31,048 bases of DNA from a virus. A program made the position numbers and the translations under genes. The DNA lies in UHGV virus genome UHGV-0096129. One strand, written 5' to 3'. The stretch's first letter is position 1. The number at the start of each line of letters is the position of its first letter. Positions 7,973 to 17,154 of the stretch are shown here, one piece after another. The notes below the pieces were generated by a model that had not been told where the DNA came from, did no database searches, and saw nothing but the letters and a program-made list of their open reading frames with translations.

Positions 7973-8230
7973 TCTAACTCCTTTTTACTTAAGAAATGAC
8001 ATTGATTGTCTTAATGTTGTCGTAAGGGCGATGTAGATTGCCAGATCTGATTCAGCACTACCAGAGAAAACTGTCAGTCTATGTTTGACTCTGTGGGAAG
8101 GTAGTTTTGCGTACATTATTGCATCAAATTGCATTTGCTATTATTTGGCCTTTCATACAAATGAGCTCAAAACTGACGTGCTTTCGCCTGGCTTATACAT
8201 TTGCATCAAAACCGACCCATGAAGCGGGCG

Positions 8231-8249
8231 GGCGAGGCGGGGAAAGCAC
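8231..8249. other. cos: cos cohesive-end sequence (P2-type, 19 nt)
   Basis: GGCGAGGCGGGGAAAGCAC matches the P2 cohesive-end sequence I recall. It is correctly placed just beyond the portal gene Q. Confidence 0.85.
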
Positions 8250-8391
8250 TGCGCGCTGGCGGTGGTGCTGATTTTATTTTTTCAGCGTCTGAGCGCGTCG
8301 TGATGGCGTTTAAATTGTGCGCTGGGGCGTTGCTGTGTCTGCGGGCTGTTTTGTGCGGTGGTGAGCGTGTGAGGGCGTGATGACGGGATGT

Positions 8392-8413
8392 AAAAAAGCC
8401 GCCCGCAGGCGGC
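8392..8413 (-). terminator. Rho-independent terminator of the P-Q operon
   Basis: On the minus strand: GCCGCC-TGCG-GGCGGC (6-bp GC stem, 4-nt loop) followed by TTTTTT, starting 6 nt after the Q stop codon. Confidence 0.7.
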
Positions 8414-8418
8414 GATGT

Positions 8419-9453
8419 TCAGCCGTTGTCAGTGTCCAGTGAGTAGTTTTTAAAGCGGATGACCTCCTGACCGAGCCAGCCGTTTATTTCCCGAATCCTG
8501 TCCTGTAACGGGATAAGCTCATTGCGGACAAAGACCTTTGCCACTTTCTCAATATCGCCCAGCGACCCGACATTCTCCGGCTTACCGCCCATCAACTGAA
8601 AGGGGATGCGGTGTGCGTCCAGCAGGTCAGCGGCGCTGGCTTTTTTGATATTAAAAAAATCGTCCTTCGTTGCCACTTCACTGAGCGGGATAATTTTAAT
8701 ACCGTCGGCTTTTCCCTGTGGGGCGTAGAGAAACAGGTTTTTAAAGTTGTTGCGGCCTTTCGACTTCACCATGTTTTCGCGAAGCATTTCGATATCGTTG
8801 CGATCCTGCACGGCATCGGTGACGTACATGATGTATCCGGCATGTGCGCCATTTTCGTAATACTTGCGGCGGAACAGCGTGGCCGACTCATTCAGCCAGG
8901 CAGAGTTAAGGGCGCTGAGATATTCCGGCAGGCCGTACAGCTCCTGATTAATATCCGGCTCCAGCAGGTGAAATACGGAGCCGGGCGCGAAAGGTGTCGG
9001 CTCGTTGAAGGACGGCACCCACCAGTAAACATCCTCCTCCACGCCACGGCGGGTATATTTTGCCGGTGAGGTTTCCAGTCTGATGACCTTACCGGTGGTG
9101 CTGTAACGCTTTTCCAGAAACGCATTACCGAACACCAGAAAATCCAGCACAAAGCGGCTGAAATCCTGCTGGGAAAGCCACGGGTGCGGGATAAACGTTG
9201 AAGCCAGAATATTACGTTTGACGTAAATCGGTGAGCTGTGATGCACGGCAGCACGCAGACTTTTTGCCAGACCGGTAAAGCTGACCGGCGGCTCATACCA
9301 TCTGCCGTTACTGATGCATTCGACGTAATCCAGAATGTCACGGCGGTCGAGTACCGGCACCGGCTCGCCAAAGGTGAATGCCTCCATTTTCGGGGCGCTG
9401 GCGGTCATTGTTTTTGCCGCAGGTTGCGGTGTTTTCCCTTTTTTCTTGCTCAT
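8419..9453 (-). CDS. Q: Portal protein gpQ
   Basis: 344 aa, the recalled P2 Q length. It is divergent from O and lies next to cos, as in P2, and is coupled to P (shared base 9453). Confidence 0.95.
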   Translation of the reverse strand: MSKKKGKTPQPAAKTMTASAPKMEAFTFGEPVPVLDRRDILDYVECISNGRWYEPPVSFTGLAKSLRAAVHHSSPIYVKRNILASTFIPHPWLSQQDFSRFVLDFLVFGNAFLEKRYSTTGKVIRLETSPAKYTRRGVEEDVYWWVPSFNEPTPFAPGSVFHLLEPDINQELYGLPEYLSALNSAWLNESATLFRRKYYENGAHAGYIMYVTDAVQDRNDIEMLRENMVKSKGRNNFKNLFLYAPQGKADGIKIIPLSEVATKDDFFNIKKASAADLLDAHRIPFQLMGGKPENVGSLGDIEKVAKVFVRNELIPLQDRIREINGWLGQEVIRFKNYSLDTDNG

Positions 9454-11225
9454 CAGTAAAACTCCAGAATGGTGGATGTCAGCGGGGTGCTGATACCGGC
9501 GGTGAGTGGCTCATTTAACAGGGCGTGCATGGTCGCCCAGGCGAGGTCGGCGTGGCTGGCTTCCTCGCTGCGGCTGGCCTCATAGGTGGCGCTGCGTCCG
9601 CTGCTGGTCATGGTCTTGCGGATAGCCATAAACGAGCTGGTGATGTCGGTGGCGCTGACGTCATATTCCAGACAGCCACGGCGGATAACGTCTTTTGCCT
9701 TGAGCACCATTGCGGTTTTCATTTCCGGCGTGTAGCGGATATCGCGCGCGGCGGGATAGAACGAGCGCACGAGCTGGAACACGCCGACACCGAGGCCGGT
9801 GGCATCAATCCCGATGTATTCAACGTTATATTTTTCGGTGAGTTTGCGGATGGATTCCGCCTGGGTGGCAAAGTCCATGCCTTTCCACTGGTGACGCTCA
9901 AGTATTCTGAATTTGCCACCGGCCACCACCGGCGGTGCCAGCACCACGCATCCGGCGCTGTCGCCACGGTGTGACGGGTCGTAACCAATCCATACCGGGC
10001 GGGAGCCGAACGGATTGGCGGCAAACGGCGCATAGTCTTCCCATTCTTCCAGCGTGTCGACCATGCAGCGTTGCAGCTCCTCGAACGGGAACACCGACGC
10101 CTTGTCGTCAACAAATTCACACATGAACAGGTTTTTAAAATCGTCGGCGCTGTTTTCACGTTTGAGCTGCTCAATGTCGAACAGCGTGCAGCCACCTTTC
10201 AGGGCGTCCTCAATGGTGACAATCTGCCGCCACTGGCCGTCCGCACAGAGAAGCCCACCGGCAAGGGCGTTATGACTGACGTCGATTTCCACGCGTTCGG
10301 CGGCGCTGGCGCGTCCCCGGTTGAACAGTTCACCTGACCAGAACGGGTAGGCGTCGTGCGCCAGCGTGGACGGGGTGGAGAAATAGGTCGAGCGCAGGTG
10401 ACTCTGTGAGGCCATACCTGATGCCACCTTACGCAGTACCTGAAAATTCGGGATCCAGAAAATCTCGTCGACGTACAGGTCGCCGTTATGGCTCTGTGCG
10501 GTGTTGGAGTTGGTGCCGAGAAAAATCAGTTTTGCGCCGTTATTGCCCAGGACAATCGGGTCACCGGTCAGGTCAATGTCAACCAGACGGGCAAAGGCGA
10601 TGATGTATTCACGGAACACATACGCCTGCGTTTTACTGGCCGACAGAAAAATCTGGTTATGACCGGTTTTCAGGGCGCGCAGCAGCGCCTCGCGGGAAAA
10701 ATAAAACGTCGCGCCAATCTGGCGGGATTTCAGGATATCGCGGATGCGGTGCTCAAGCCCGGCGCGATACCAGTGCAACTGATAGTCGAAAGACTGCTCA
10801 AAGAAAATCTGCTCCAGCTTTTCGATGGCCTCGTCACTGAAAAAATTCTTTTTCGGTTTGCGCCGCCCGCCTTTGTTGCGGTTAGCGACGTTCGGATTAA
10901 GGTCTGCCTCGTTGCCGGTCTGGCTGTAACGGTTGACCCGTGCCAGTCGTTCAATCTGGCGTCCGAGCAGGTCAATTTCCTTGAAGTCACCGCCGGTTTT
11001 CTGCGGTTTGATGATGAGCTGGGTCAGCCGCGCTTCCAGACTCATTTCGACACGGCTGATGGGGGCAACGCTGTCCCAGCCGTCGCGCTGTTTCCAGCTC
11101 TGCACCGTCGGGCGTTTCATCTGCAACATGGCGGCAATCTGCGGCACGGAAAACCCCTGCCAGTACAGCAGCGCCGCCTGACGACGCGGGTCGTGTAAAA
11201 GAGTGGTGTCTGTGGTGATGGTCAT
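9453..11225 (-). CDS. P: Terminase large subunit gpP
   Basis: From the ATG at 11225 (GAGG 6 nt upstream) the product is 590 aa, the recalled P2 P length. It has an N-terminal HTH-like region and an ATPase/nuclease-sized body. Confidence 0.95.
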   Translation of the reverse strand: MTITTDTTLLHDPRRQAALLYWQGFSVPQIAAMLQMKRPTVQSWKQRDGWDSVAPISRVEMSLEARLTQLIIKPQKTGGDFKEIDLLGRQIERLARVNRYSQTGNEADLNPNVANRNKGGRRKPKKNFFSDEAIEKLEQIFFEQSFDYQLHWYRAGLEHRIRDILKSRQIGATFYFSREALLRALKTGHNQIFLSASKTQAYVFREYIIAFARLVDIDLTGDPIVLGNNGAKLIFLGTNSNTAQSHNGDLYVDEIFWIPNFQVLRKVASGMASQSHLRSTYFSTPSTLAHDAYPFWSGELFNRGRASAAERVEIDVSHNALAGGLLCADGQWRQIVTIEDALKGGCTLFDIEQLKRENSADDFKNLFMCEFVDDKASVFPFEELQRCMVDTLEEWEDYAPFAANPFGSRPVWIGYDPSHRGDSAGCVVLAPPVVAGGKFRILERHQWKGMDFATQAESIRKLTEKYNVEYIGIDATGLGVGVFQLVRSFYPAARDIRYTPEMKTAMVLKAKDVIRRGCLEYDVSATDITSSFMAIRKTMTSSGRSATYEASRSEEASHADLAWATMHALLNEPLTAGISTPLTSTILEFY

Positions 11226-11398
11226 GAATACCTCGCCGTGATGAATACACGGCAAGGCTACTTAGTCGCGCCCCGCGATTCGCTAAGGTGCTGTTGTGTC
11301 AGTGATAAGCCATCCGGGACTGATGGCGGAGGATGCGCATCGTCGGGAAACTGATGCCGACATGTGACTCCTCTAATCACTATTCAGGACTCCTGACA

Positions 11399-12253
11399 AT
11401 GGCAAAAAAAGTCTCAAAATTCTTTCGTATCGGCGTTGAGGGTGACACCTGTGACGGGCGTGTCATCAGTGCGCAGGATATTCAGGAAATGGCCGAAACC
11501 TTTGACCCGCGAGTCTATGGTTGCCGCATTAACCTGGAACATCTGCGCGGCATCCTGCCTGACGGTATTTTTAAACGTTATGGTGATGTGGCCGAACTGA
11601 AGGCCGAAAAGATTGACGATGATTCGGCGCTGAAAGGCAAATGGGCGCTGTTTGCGAAAATCACCCCGACCGATGACCTTATCGCGATGAACAAGGCCGC
11701 GCAGAAGGTCTATACCTCCATGGAAATTCAGCCGAACTTTGCCAACACCGGCAAATGTTATCTGGTGGGGCTGGCCGTCACCGATGACCCGGCAAGCCTC
11801 GGCACGGAATACCTGGAATTCTGCCGCACGGCAAAACACAACCCTCTGAACCGCTTCAAATTAAGCCCTGAAAACCTGATTTCAGTGGCAACGCCCGTTG
11901 AGCTGGAATTTGAAGACCTGCCTGAAACCGTGTTCACCGCCCTGACCGAAAAGGTGAAATCCATTTTTGGCCGCAAACAGGCCAGCGATGACGCCCGTCT
12001 GAATGATGTGCATGAAGCGGTGACCGCTGTTGCTGAACATGTGCAGGAAAAACTGAGCGCCACTGAGCAGCGCCTCGCTGAGATGGAAACCGCCTTTTCC
12101 GCACTTAAGCAGGAGGTGACTGACAGGGCGGATGAAACCAGCCAGGCATTCACCCGCCTGAAAAACAGTCTCGACCACACCGAAAGTCTGACCCAGCAGC
12201 GCCGCAGCAAGGCCACCGGTGGTGGCGGTGACGCCCTGATGACGAACTGCTGA
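11399..12253 (+). CDS. O: Capsid scaffolding protein gpO
   Basis: From the ATG at 11399 (AGGA 9 nt upstream) the product is 284 aa, the recalled P2 O length. The C-terminal half is coiled-coil-like. It is divergent from P. Confidence 0.9.
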   Translation: MAKKVSKFFRIGVEGDTCDGRVISAQDIQEMAETFDPRVYGCRINLEHLRGILPDGIFKRYGDVAELKAEKIDDDSALKGKWALFAKITPTDDLIAMNKAAQKVYTSMEIQPNFANTGKCYLVGLAVTDDPASLGTEYLEFCRTAKHNPLNRFKLSPENLISVATPVELEFEDLPETVFTALTEKVKSIFGRKQASDDARLNDVHEAVTAVAEHVQEKLSATEQRLAEMETAFSALKQEVTDRADETSQAFTRLKNSLDHTESLTQQRRSKATGGGGDALMTNC

Positions 12254-12311
12254 CCGGCGTCAGCCAGTCCGGGAAAACCTTCACGATTAACCCTTAATTT
12301 CAGGAAAAACT

Positions 12312-13385
12312 ATGCGCCAGGAAACCCGCTTTAAATTTAATGCCTACCTGTCCCGTGTTGCCGAACTGAACGGCATTGACGCCGGTGATGTGTCGAAAAA
12401 ATTCACCGTTGAACCGTCGGTCACCCAGACCCTGATGAACACCATGCAGGAGTCCTCTGACTTTCTGACCCGCATCAACATTGTGCCGGTCAGCGAAATG
12501 AAAGGGGAAAAAATTGGTATCGGTGTCACCGGCTCCATTGCCAGCACCACCGACACCGCCGGTGGCACCGAGCGTCAGCCGAAGGACTTCTCGAAGCTGG
12601 CGTCCAACAAGTACGAATGCGACCAGATTAACTTCGATTTTTATATCCGCTACAAAACGCTGGACCTGTGGGCGCGTTATCAGGATTTCCAGCTCCGTGT
12701 CCGTAACGCCATTATCAAACGTCAGGCTCTTGATTTAATCATGGCCGGTTTTAACGGTGTGAAGCGTGCCGAAACCTCTGACCGCAGCAGTAACCCGATG
12801 CTGCAGGATGTGGCGGTCGGCTGGCTGCAGAAATACCGCAATGAAGCCCCGGCGCGCGTGATGAGCAAGGTTACTGACGAGGAAGGTCACACCACCTCTG
12901 AGGTCATCCGCGTGGGTAAGGGCGGTGATTATGCCAGCCTCGATGCACTGGTAATGGATGCGACCAACAACCTGATTGAGCCGTGGTATCAGGAAGACCC
13001 TGACCTTGTGGTGATTGTGGGGCGTCAGCTACTGGCGGACAAGTATTTCCCTATCGTCAACAAGGAGCAGGACAACAGCGAAATGCTGGCCGCTGACGTC
13101 ATCATCAGCCAGAAACGCATCGGTAACCTGCCGGCGGTACGCGTCCCGTACTTCCCGGCGGATGCGATGCTCATCACGAAGCTGGAAAACCTGTCCATCT
13201 ACTACATGGATGACAGCCATCGCCGCGTGATTGAGGAAAACCCGAAACTCGACCGCGTGGAGAACTACGAGTCAATGAACATTGATTACGTGGTGGAAGA
13301 CTACGCCGCCGGTTGTCTGGTGGAAAAAATTAAGGTCGGTGATTTCTCCACACCGGCTAAGGCGACCGCAGAGCCGGGAGCGTAA
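12312..13385 (+). CDS. N: Major capsid protein gpN
   Basis: 357 aa, the recalled P2 N length, following O. Confidence 0.95.
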   Translation: MRQETRFKFNAYLSRVAELNGIDAGDVSKKFTVEPSVTQTLMNTMQESSDFLTRINIVPVSEMKGEKIGIGVTGSIASTTDTAGGTERQPKDFSKLASNKYECDQINFDFYIRYKTLDLWARYQDFQLRVRNAIIKRQALDLIMAGFNGVKRAETSDRSSNPMLQDVAVGWLQKYRNEAPARVMSKVTDEEGHTTSEVIRVGKGGDYASLDALVMDATNNLIEPWYQEDPDLVVIVGRQLLADKYFPIVNKEQDNSEMLAADVIISQKRIGNLPAVRVPYFPADAMLITKLENLSIYYMDDSHRRVIEENPKLDRVENYESMNIDYVVEDYAAGCLVEKIKVGDFSTPAKATAEPGA

Positions 13386-13388
13386 CCG

Positions 13389-14132
13389 ATGACGAGTCCC
13401 GCACAGCGCCACATGATGCGGGTCTCGGCAGCGATGACCGCGCAGCGGGAAGCCGCCCCGCTGCGACATGCAACTGTCTATGAGCAGATGCTGGTTAAGC
13501 TCGCCGCAGACCAGCGCACACTGAAAGCGATTTATTCAAAAGAGCTGAAGGCCGCAAAAAAACGCGAACTGCTGCCGTACTGGTTGCCGTGGGTGAACGG
13601 CGTGCTGGAACAGGGCAAAGGTGCACAGGATGACATTCTGATGACGGTCATGCTGTGGCGTCTGGATACCGGCGATATTGCCGGTGCGCTGGAGATTGCC
13701 CGTTATGCCCTGAAATACGGTCTGACCATGCCGGGTAAACACCGCCGTACCCCGCCGTACATGTTCACCGAGGAGGTCGCACTCGCGGCCATGCGTGCCC
13801 ACGCTGCCGGTGAATCCGTGGATACCCGCCTGCTGACGGACACCCTCGAACTGACCGCCACGGCTGACATGCCTGATGAAGTGCGCGCAAAGCTGCACAA
13901 AATCACCGGTCTGTTTCTGCGTGACGCTGGTGATGCCGCAGGGGCGCTGGCTCACCTGCAACGCGCGACACAGCTCGACTGTCAGGCAGGCGTCAAAAAA
14001 GAGATTGAACGACTGGAGCGGGAGCTGAAACCGAAGCCGGAGCCGCAGCCAAAAGCGGCCACCCGCGCCCCGCGTAAGACCCGGAGTGCGACACCGGCAA
14101 AACGTGGACGCCCGAAAAAGAAAGCCAGTTAA
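13389..14132 (+). CDS. M: Terminase small subunit gpM
   Basis: 247 aa, the recalled P2 M length. It has a basic C-terminal tail (KTRSATPAKRGRPKKKAS). Confidence 0.9.
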   Translation: MTSPAQRHMMRVSAAMTAQREAAPLRHATVYEQMLVKLAADQRTLKAIYSKELKAAKKRELLPYWLPWVNGVLEQGKGAQDDILMTVMLWRLDTGDIAGALEIARYALKYGLTMPGKHRRTPPYMFTEEVALAAMRAHAAGESVDTRLLTDTLELTATADMPDEVRAKLHKITGLFLRDAGDAAGALAHLQRATQLDCQAGVKKEIERLERELKPKPEPQPKAATRAPRKTRSATPAKRGRPKKKAS

Positions 14133-14231
14133 CAACCGAATGCGCCCCGCGCCAGGGCGGCACGCCGGTCAGTGAGGGTGAATCATCTGACACTGCACCG
14201 GCGTCCACCGCCCGACTTTTCAGAGGTAGTC

Positions 14232-14741
14232 ATGATGACGCTGATTATTCCGCGAAAGGAGGCTCCCGTGTCCGGTGAGGGTACGGTGGTCATCCCGCAA
14301 CCGGCAGGCGACGAGCCGGTGATTAAAAACACGTTCTTTTTTCCCGATATCGACCCGAAGCGCGTCCGGGAACGTATGCGCCTTGAGCAGACTGTCGCCC
14401 CCGCCCGTCTGCGTGAGGCCATCAAGTCAGGCATGGCGGAAACAAATGCGGAGCTGTACGAGTACCGCGAACAGAAAATTGCCGCCGGTTTTACGCGTCT
14501 GGCGGACGTCCCGGCGGACGACATCGACGGTGAAAGTATCAAAGTTTTTTACTACGAGCGCGCCGTGTGTGCGATGGCGACCGCGTCGCTTTATGAGCGT
14601 TACCGCGGCGTGGATGCCAGTGCGAAAGGAGACAAGAAGGCCGACAGCATTGACAGCACCATTGATGAGCTGTGGCGGGATATGCGCTGGGCAGTGGCGC
14701 GCATCCAGGACAAGCCGCGCTGCATCGTGAGTCAAATCTGA
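14232..14741 (+). CDS. L: Head completion/stabilisation protein gpL
   Basis: From the ATG at 14232 (AGAGG upstream) the product is 169 aa, the recalled P2 L length. Its stop overlaps the X start (TGATG). Confidence 0.9.
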   Translation: MMTLIIPRKEAPVSGEGTVVIPQPAGDEPVIKNTFFFPDIDPKRVRERMRLEQTVAPARLREAIKSGMAETNAELYEYREQKIAAGFTRLADVPADDIDGESIKVFYYERAVCAMATASLYERYRGVDASAKGDKKADSIDSTIDELWRDMRWAVARIQDKPRCIVSQI

Positions 14742-14944
14742 TGAAGACCTTTGCGCTACAGGGCGACACGCTCGACGCCATTTGTGTCCGGTATTACGGG
14801 CGCACTGAGGGCGTGGTTGAGACCGTGCTCGCCGCAAATCCGGGACTGGCTGAACTGGGTGCGGTGCTGCCACACGGCACCGCCGTCGAACTGCCCGACG
14901 TTCAGACCGCGCCCGTGGCTGAAACTGTCAATCTGTGGGAGTAA
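14741..14944 (+). CDS. X: Tail protein gpX (LysM-like)
   Basis: 67 aa from the ATG at 14741, the recalled P2 X length. It contains a LysM-like segment (GDTLDAICVRYYG...). Confidence 0.85.
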   Translation: MKTFALQGDTLDAICVRYYGRTEGVVETVLAANPGLAELGAVLPHGTAVELPDVQTAPVAETVNLWE

Positions 14945-14947
14945 CGC

Positions 14948-15229
14948 ATGACAGCAGAAGAAAAAAGCGTCCTGTCGCTTTTCATGATTGGGGTGCTGAT
15001 TGTTGTCGGCAAGGTGCTTGCCGGTGGTGAACCCATCACCCCGCGTCTGTTTATCGGGCGCATGTTGCTCGGTGGTTTTGTCTCGATGGTTGCCGGTGTT
15101 GTTCTGGTGCAGTTTCCTGACCTGTCACTGCCTGCGGTGTGCGGTATCGGCTCCATGCTGGGTATCGCCGGTTATCAGGTGATTGAGATTGCCATTCAGC
15201 GCCGCTTTAAGGGCAGGGGGAAACCGTAA
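14948..15229 (+). CDS. Y: Holin gpY
   Basis: 93 aa with hydrophobic TM helices and a basic C-terminus (RRFKGRGKP). It lies immediately upstream of the endolysin. Confidence 0.85.
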   Translation: MTAEEKSVLSLFMIGVLIVVGKVLAGGEPITPRLFIGRMLLGGFVSMVAGVVLVQFPDLSLPAVCGIGSMLGIAGYQVIEIAIQRRFKGRGKP

Positions 15230-15726
15230 TGCCGGTTATTAACACGCATCAGAATATCGCCGCCTTTCTCGACATGCTGGCCGTGTCCGAAGGGACGGCA
15301 AACCATCCGCTGACGAAAAACCGGGGCTATGACGTGATAGTCACCGGACTGGACGGGAAGCCGGAAATTTTCACCGACTACAGTGACCACCCGTTCGCAC
15401 ATGGCCGACCGGCGAAGGTGTTTAACCGTCGCGGTGAAAAATCCACGGCCTCCGGTCGCTATCAGCAGCTTTACCTGTTCTGGCCGCATTACCGCAAACA
15501 GCTTGCCCTGCCGGATTTCAGTCCGTTGTCACAGGACAGACTCGCCATTCAGTTGATCCGCGAACGCGGTGCACTGGATGACATCCGGGCGGGACGCATT
15601 GAACGCGCCATTTCACGCTGTCGCAATATCTGGGCGTCCCTGCCGGGTGCCGGTTACGGTCAGCGTGAGCATTCACTGGAAAAACTGGTCACCGTCTGGC
15701 GTACCGCTGGCGGCGTACCGGCTTAA
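15229..15726 (+). CDS. K: Endolysin gpK (lambda R-like lytic transglycosylase)
   Basis: 165 aa. FLDMLAVSEGT, GYDVIV, FTDYSDHP, GRYQ and NIWASLPGAGYGQ closely mirror the lambda R endolysin sequence. Confidence 0.92.
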   Translation: MPVINTHQNIAAFLDMLAVSEGTANHPLTKNRGYDVIVTGLDGKPEIFTDYSDHPFAHGRPAKVFNRRGEKSTASGRYQQLYLFWPHYRKQLALPDFSPLSQDRLAIQLIRERGALDDIRAGRIERAISRCRNIWASLPGAGYGQREHSLEKLVTVWRTAGGVPA

Positions 15727-15740
15727 ACGGAGTAAACACC

Positions 15741-16166
15741 ATGAAGAAATTATCCCTTTCACTGATGCTGAACGTGTCGCTGGCGCTGATGCTGGCACTG
15801 TCCCTGATTTACCCGCAGAGCGTGGCCGTCAGTTTTGTCGCTGCCTGGGCGATTCTGGCGACGGTTATCTGTGTGGTTGCCGGTGGTGTCGGCGTGTATG
15901 CCACTGAGTATGTGCTGGAACGCTACGGGCGGGAGCTGCCGCCGGAATCGCTGGCCGTGAAGATTGTCACGTCGCTGTTTTTGCAGCCGGTGCCGTGGCG
16001 CAGGCGGGCAGCGGCTCTGGTGGTGATGGTGGCGACGTTTATCTCGCTGGTCGCTGCCGGGTGGATTTTTACTGCGCTGATTTATCTCGTGGCGTCGCTG
16101 TTCTTCCGGCTGATACGTACGGCCTGCCGTCAGCGTCTTGAGGGGCGGGAACTATGTCAAAGCTGA
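15741..16166 (+). CDS. lysA: Lysis timing protein LysA (multi-TM)
   Basis: 141 aa, with several hydrophobic helices, at the P2 lysA position and of the recalled lysA length. Confidence 0.8.
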   Translation: MKKLSLSLMLNVSLALMLALSLIYPQSVAVSFVAAWAILATVICVVAGGVGVYATEYVLERYGRELPPESLAVKIVTSLFLQPVPWRRRAAALVVMVATFISLVAAGWIFTALIYLVASLFFRLIRTACRQRLEGRELCQS

Positions 16167-16579
16167 TGATTGTGCTGGTCGTGTTGTTATCGCTGGCGGT
16201 GGTCGGTCTGTTTCTGGTGAAACACAAAAATGCCAGCCTGCGCGCCTCGCTGGACAGGGCGAACAACGTCGCCAGCGGGCAGCAGACGACCATCACCGTG
16301 CTGAAAAATCAGCTTCATGTTGCCCTCACCAGGGCAGACAAAAACGAGATGGCGCAGGTGGCACTGCGTCAGGAGCTGGAGAACGCCGCGAAGCGTGAAG
16401 CACAGCGCGAGAAAACCATCACGAGGTTACTTAATGAAAACGAAGATTTTCGCCGCTGGTACGGTGCTGACCTGCCTGATGCTGTGCGCCGGTTGCACCA
16501 TCGCCCGGCCTGCACCGACGCCAGTGATTGTCCACAACGCCTGCCCGAAAGTGAGTCTTTGCCCGATGCCGGGCAGTGA
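16154..16579 (+). CDS. lysB: LysB, Rz-like inner-membrane spanin
   Basis: 141 aa. N-terminal TM helix (LMIVLVVLLSLAVVGLFLV) followed by a coiled-coil periplasmic domain. Confidence 0.8.
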   Translation: MSKLMIVLVVLLSLAVVGLFLVKHKNASLRASLDRANNVASGQQTTITVLKNQLHVALTRADKNEMAQVALRQELENAAKREAQREKTITRLLNENEDFRRWYGADLPDAVRRLHHRPACTDASDCPQRLPESESLPDAGQ

Positions 16580-16724
16580 CCCGCAGAAGAACGGCGATTT
16601 AAGTGCCGATATCCGGCAGCTTGAGAACGCGCTGGCACGCTGTGCCAGCCAGGTAAAAATGATTAAACACTGTCAGGACGAAAACGATGCTCAAACCCGA
16701 CAGCCTGCGCAGGGCGCTGACTGA
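16434..16724 (+). CDS. lysC: LysC, Rz1-like outer-membrane lipoprotein spanin; its 5' half overlaps the end of lysB in another frame
   Basis: From the ATG at 16434 the product is 96 aa. It has a signal peptide plus lipobox (LMLCAGC) and a Pro-rich mature region. Its 3' end overlaps the start of R, as in P2. Confidence 0.75.
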   Translation: MKTKIFAAGTVLTCLMLCAGCTIARPAPTPVIVHNACPKVSLCPMPGSDPQKNGDLSADIRQLENALARCASQVKMIKHCQDENDAQTRQPAQGAD

Positions 16725-17154
16725 TGCCGTCACGGTGCTGAAAACTAACCCCGATATGCTGCGGATATTCGTGGATAACGGGAGTATTGCCTCCACGCTG
16801 GCGGCGTCGTTGTCATTCGAAAAGCGTTACACGCTCAATGTCATTGTGACCGACTTTACCGGTGATTTTGACCTGCTCATCGTGCCGGTGCTGGCGTGGC
16901 TGCGGGTAAATCAGCCCGACATCATGACCACCGACGCAGGTCAGAAAAAGGGCTTCACGTTTTATGCAGACATCAACAATGACAGCAGCTTTGATATCAG
17001 TATCAGCCTGATGCTGACCGAGCGCACGCTGGTCAGTGAGGTTGAAGGTGCACTGCATGTGAAGAATATCCCGGAACCTTCGCCGCCGGAGCCAGTCACC
17101 CGCCCGATGGAGCTGTATATCAATGGCGAACTGGTGAGCAAGTGGGATGAATGA
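16687..17154 (+). CDS. R: Tail completion protein gpR
   Basis: 155 aa, the recalled P2 R length and position. Confidence 0.9.
   Translation: MLKPDSLRRALTDAVTVLKTNPDMLRIFVDNGSIASTLAASLSFEKRYTLNVIVTDFTGDFDLLIVPVLAWLRVNQPDIMTTDAGQKKGFTFYADINNDSSFDISISLMLTERTLVSEVEGALHVKNIPEPSPPEPVTRPMELYINGELVSKWDE

Larger units (their letters stand above)
4561..8230. other. Accessory (cargo) island 1 at the P2 tin/old position, between the replication module and cos
   Basis: Sharp compositional drop. Hand counts of single 60-nt lines give about 38% G+C (5041-5100), 32% (5701-5760) and 23% (7381-7440), versus about 63% in a terminase gene P line (9481-9540). It holds three ORFs with no P2 backbone counterpart. 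This location is the established hotspot for anti-phage cargo in P2-like phages. Confidence 0.85.

Noticed and set aside
11226-11398. Search for TGT-N12-ACA Ogr sites in the divergent P/O promoter region
   Set aside because: Only near-misses were found (for example TGT-GACTCCTCTAAT-CAC at 11363-11380). P2 late promoters are expected here from the map, but I cannot place them from the sequence alone.
8611-14135. Numerous long antisense or alternative-frame ORFs inside the head genes (for example 8611-9069, 9525-9974, 10488-11198, 11414-11839, 11758-12216, 13536-14135)
   Set aside because: They lie wholly inside length-conserved P2 structural genes in high-G+C DNA, where stop codons are rare. 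Their products are Arg/Gly/Ala-rich and low-complexity, and they lack RBSs. They are typical shadow ORFs.
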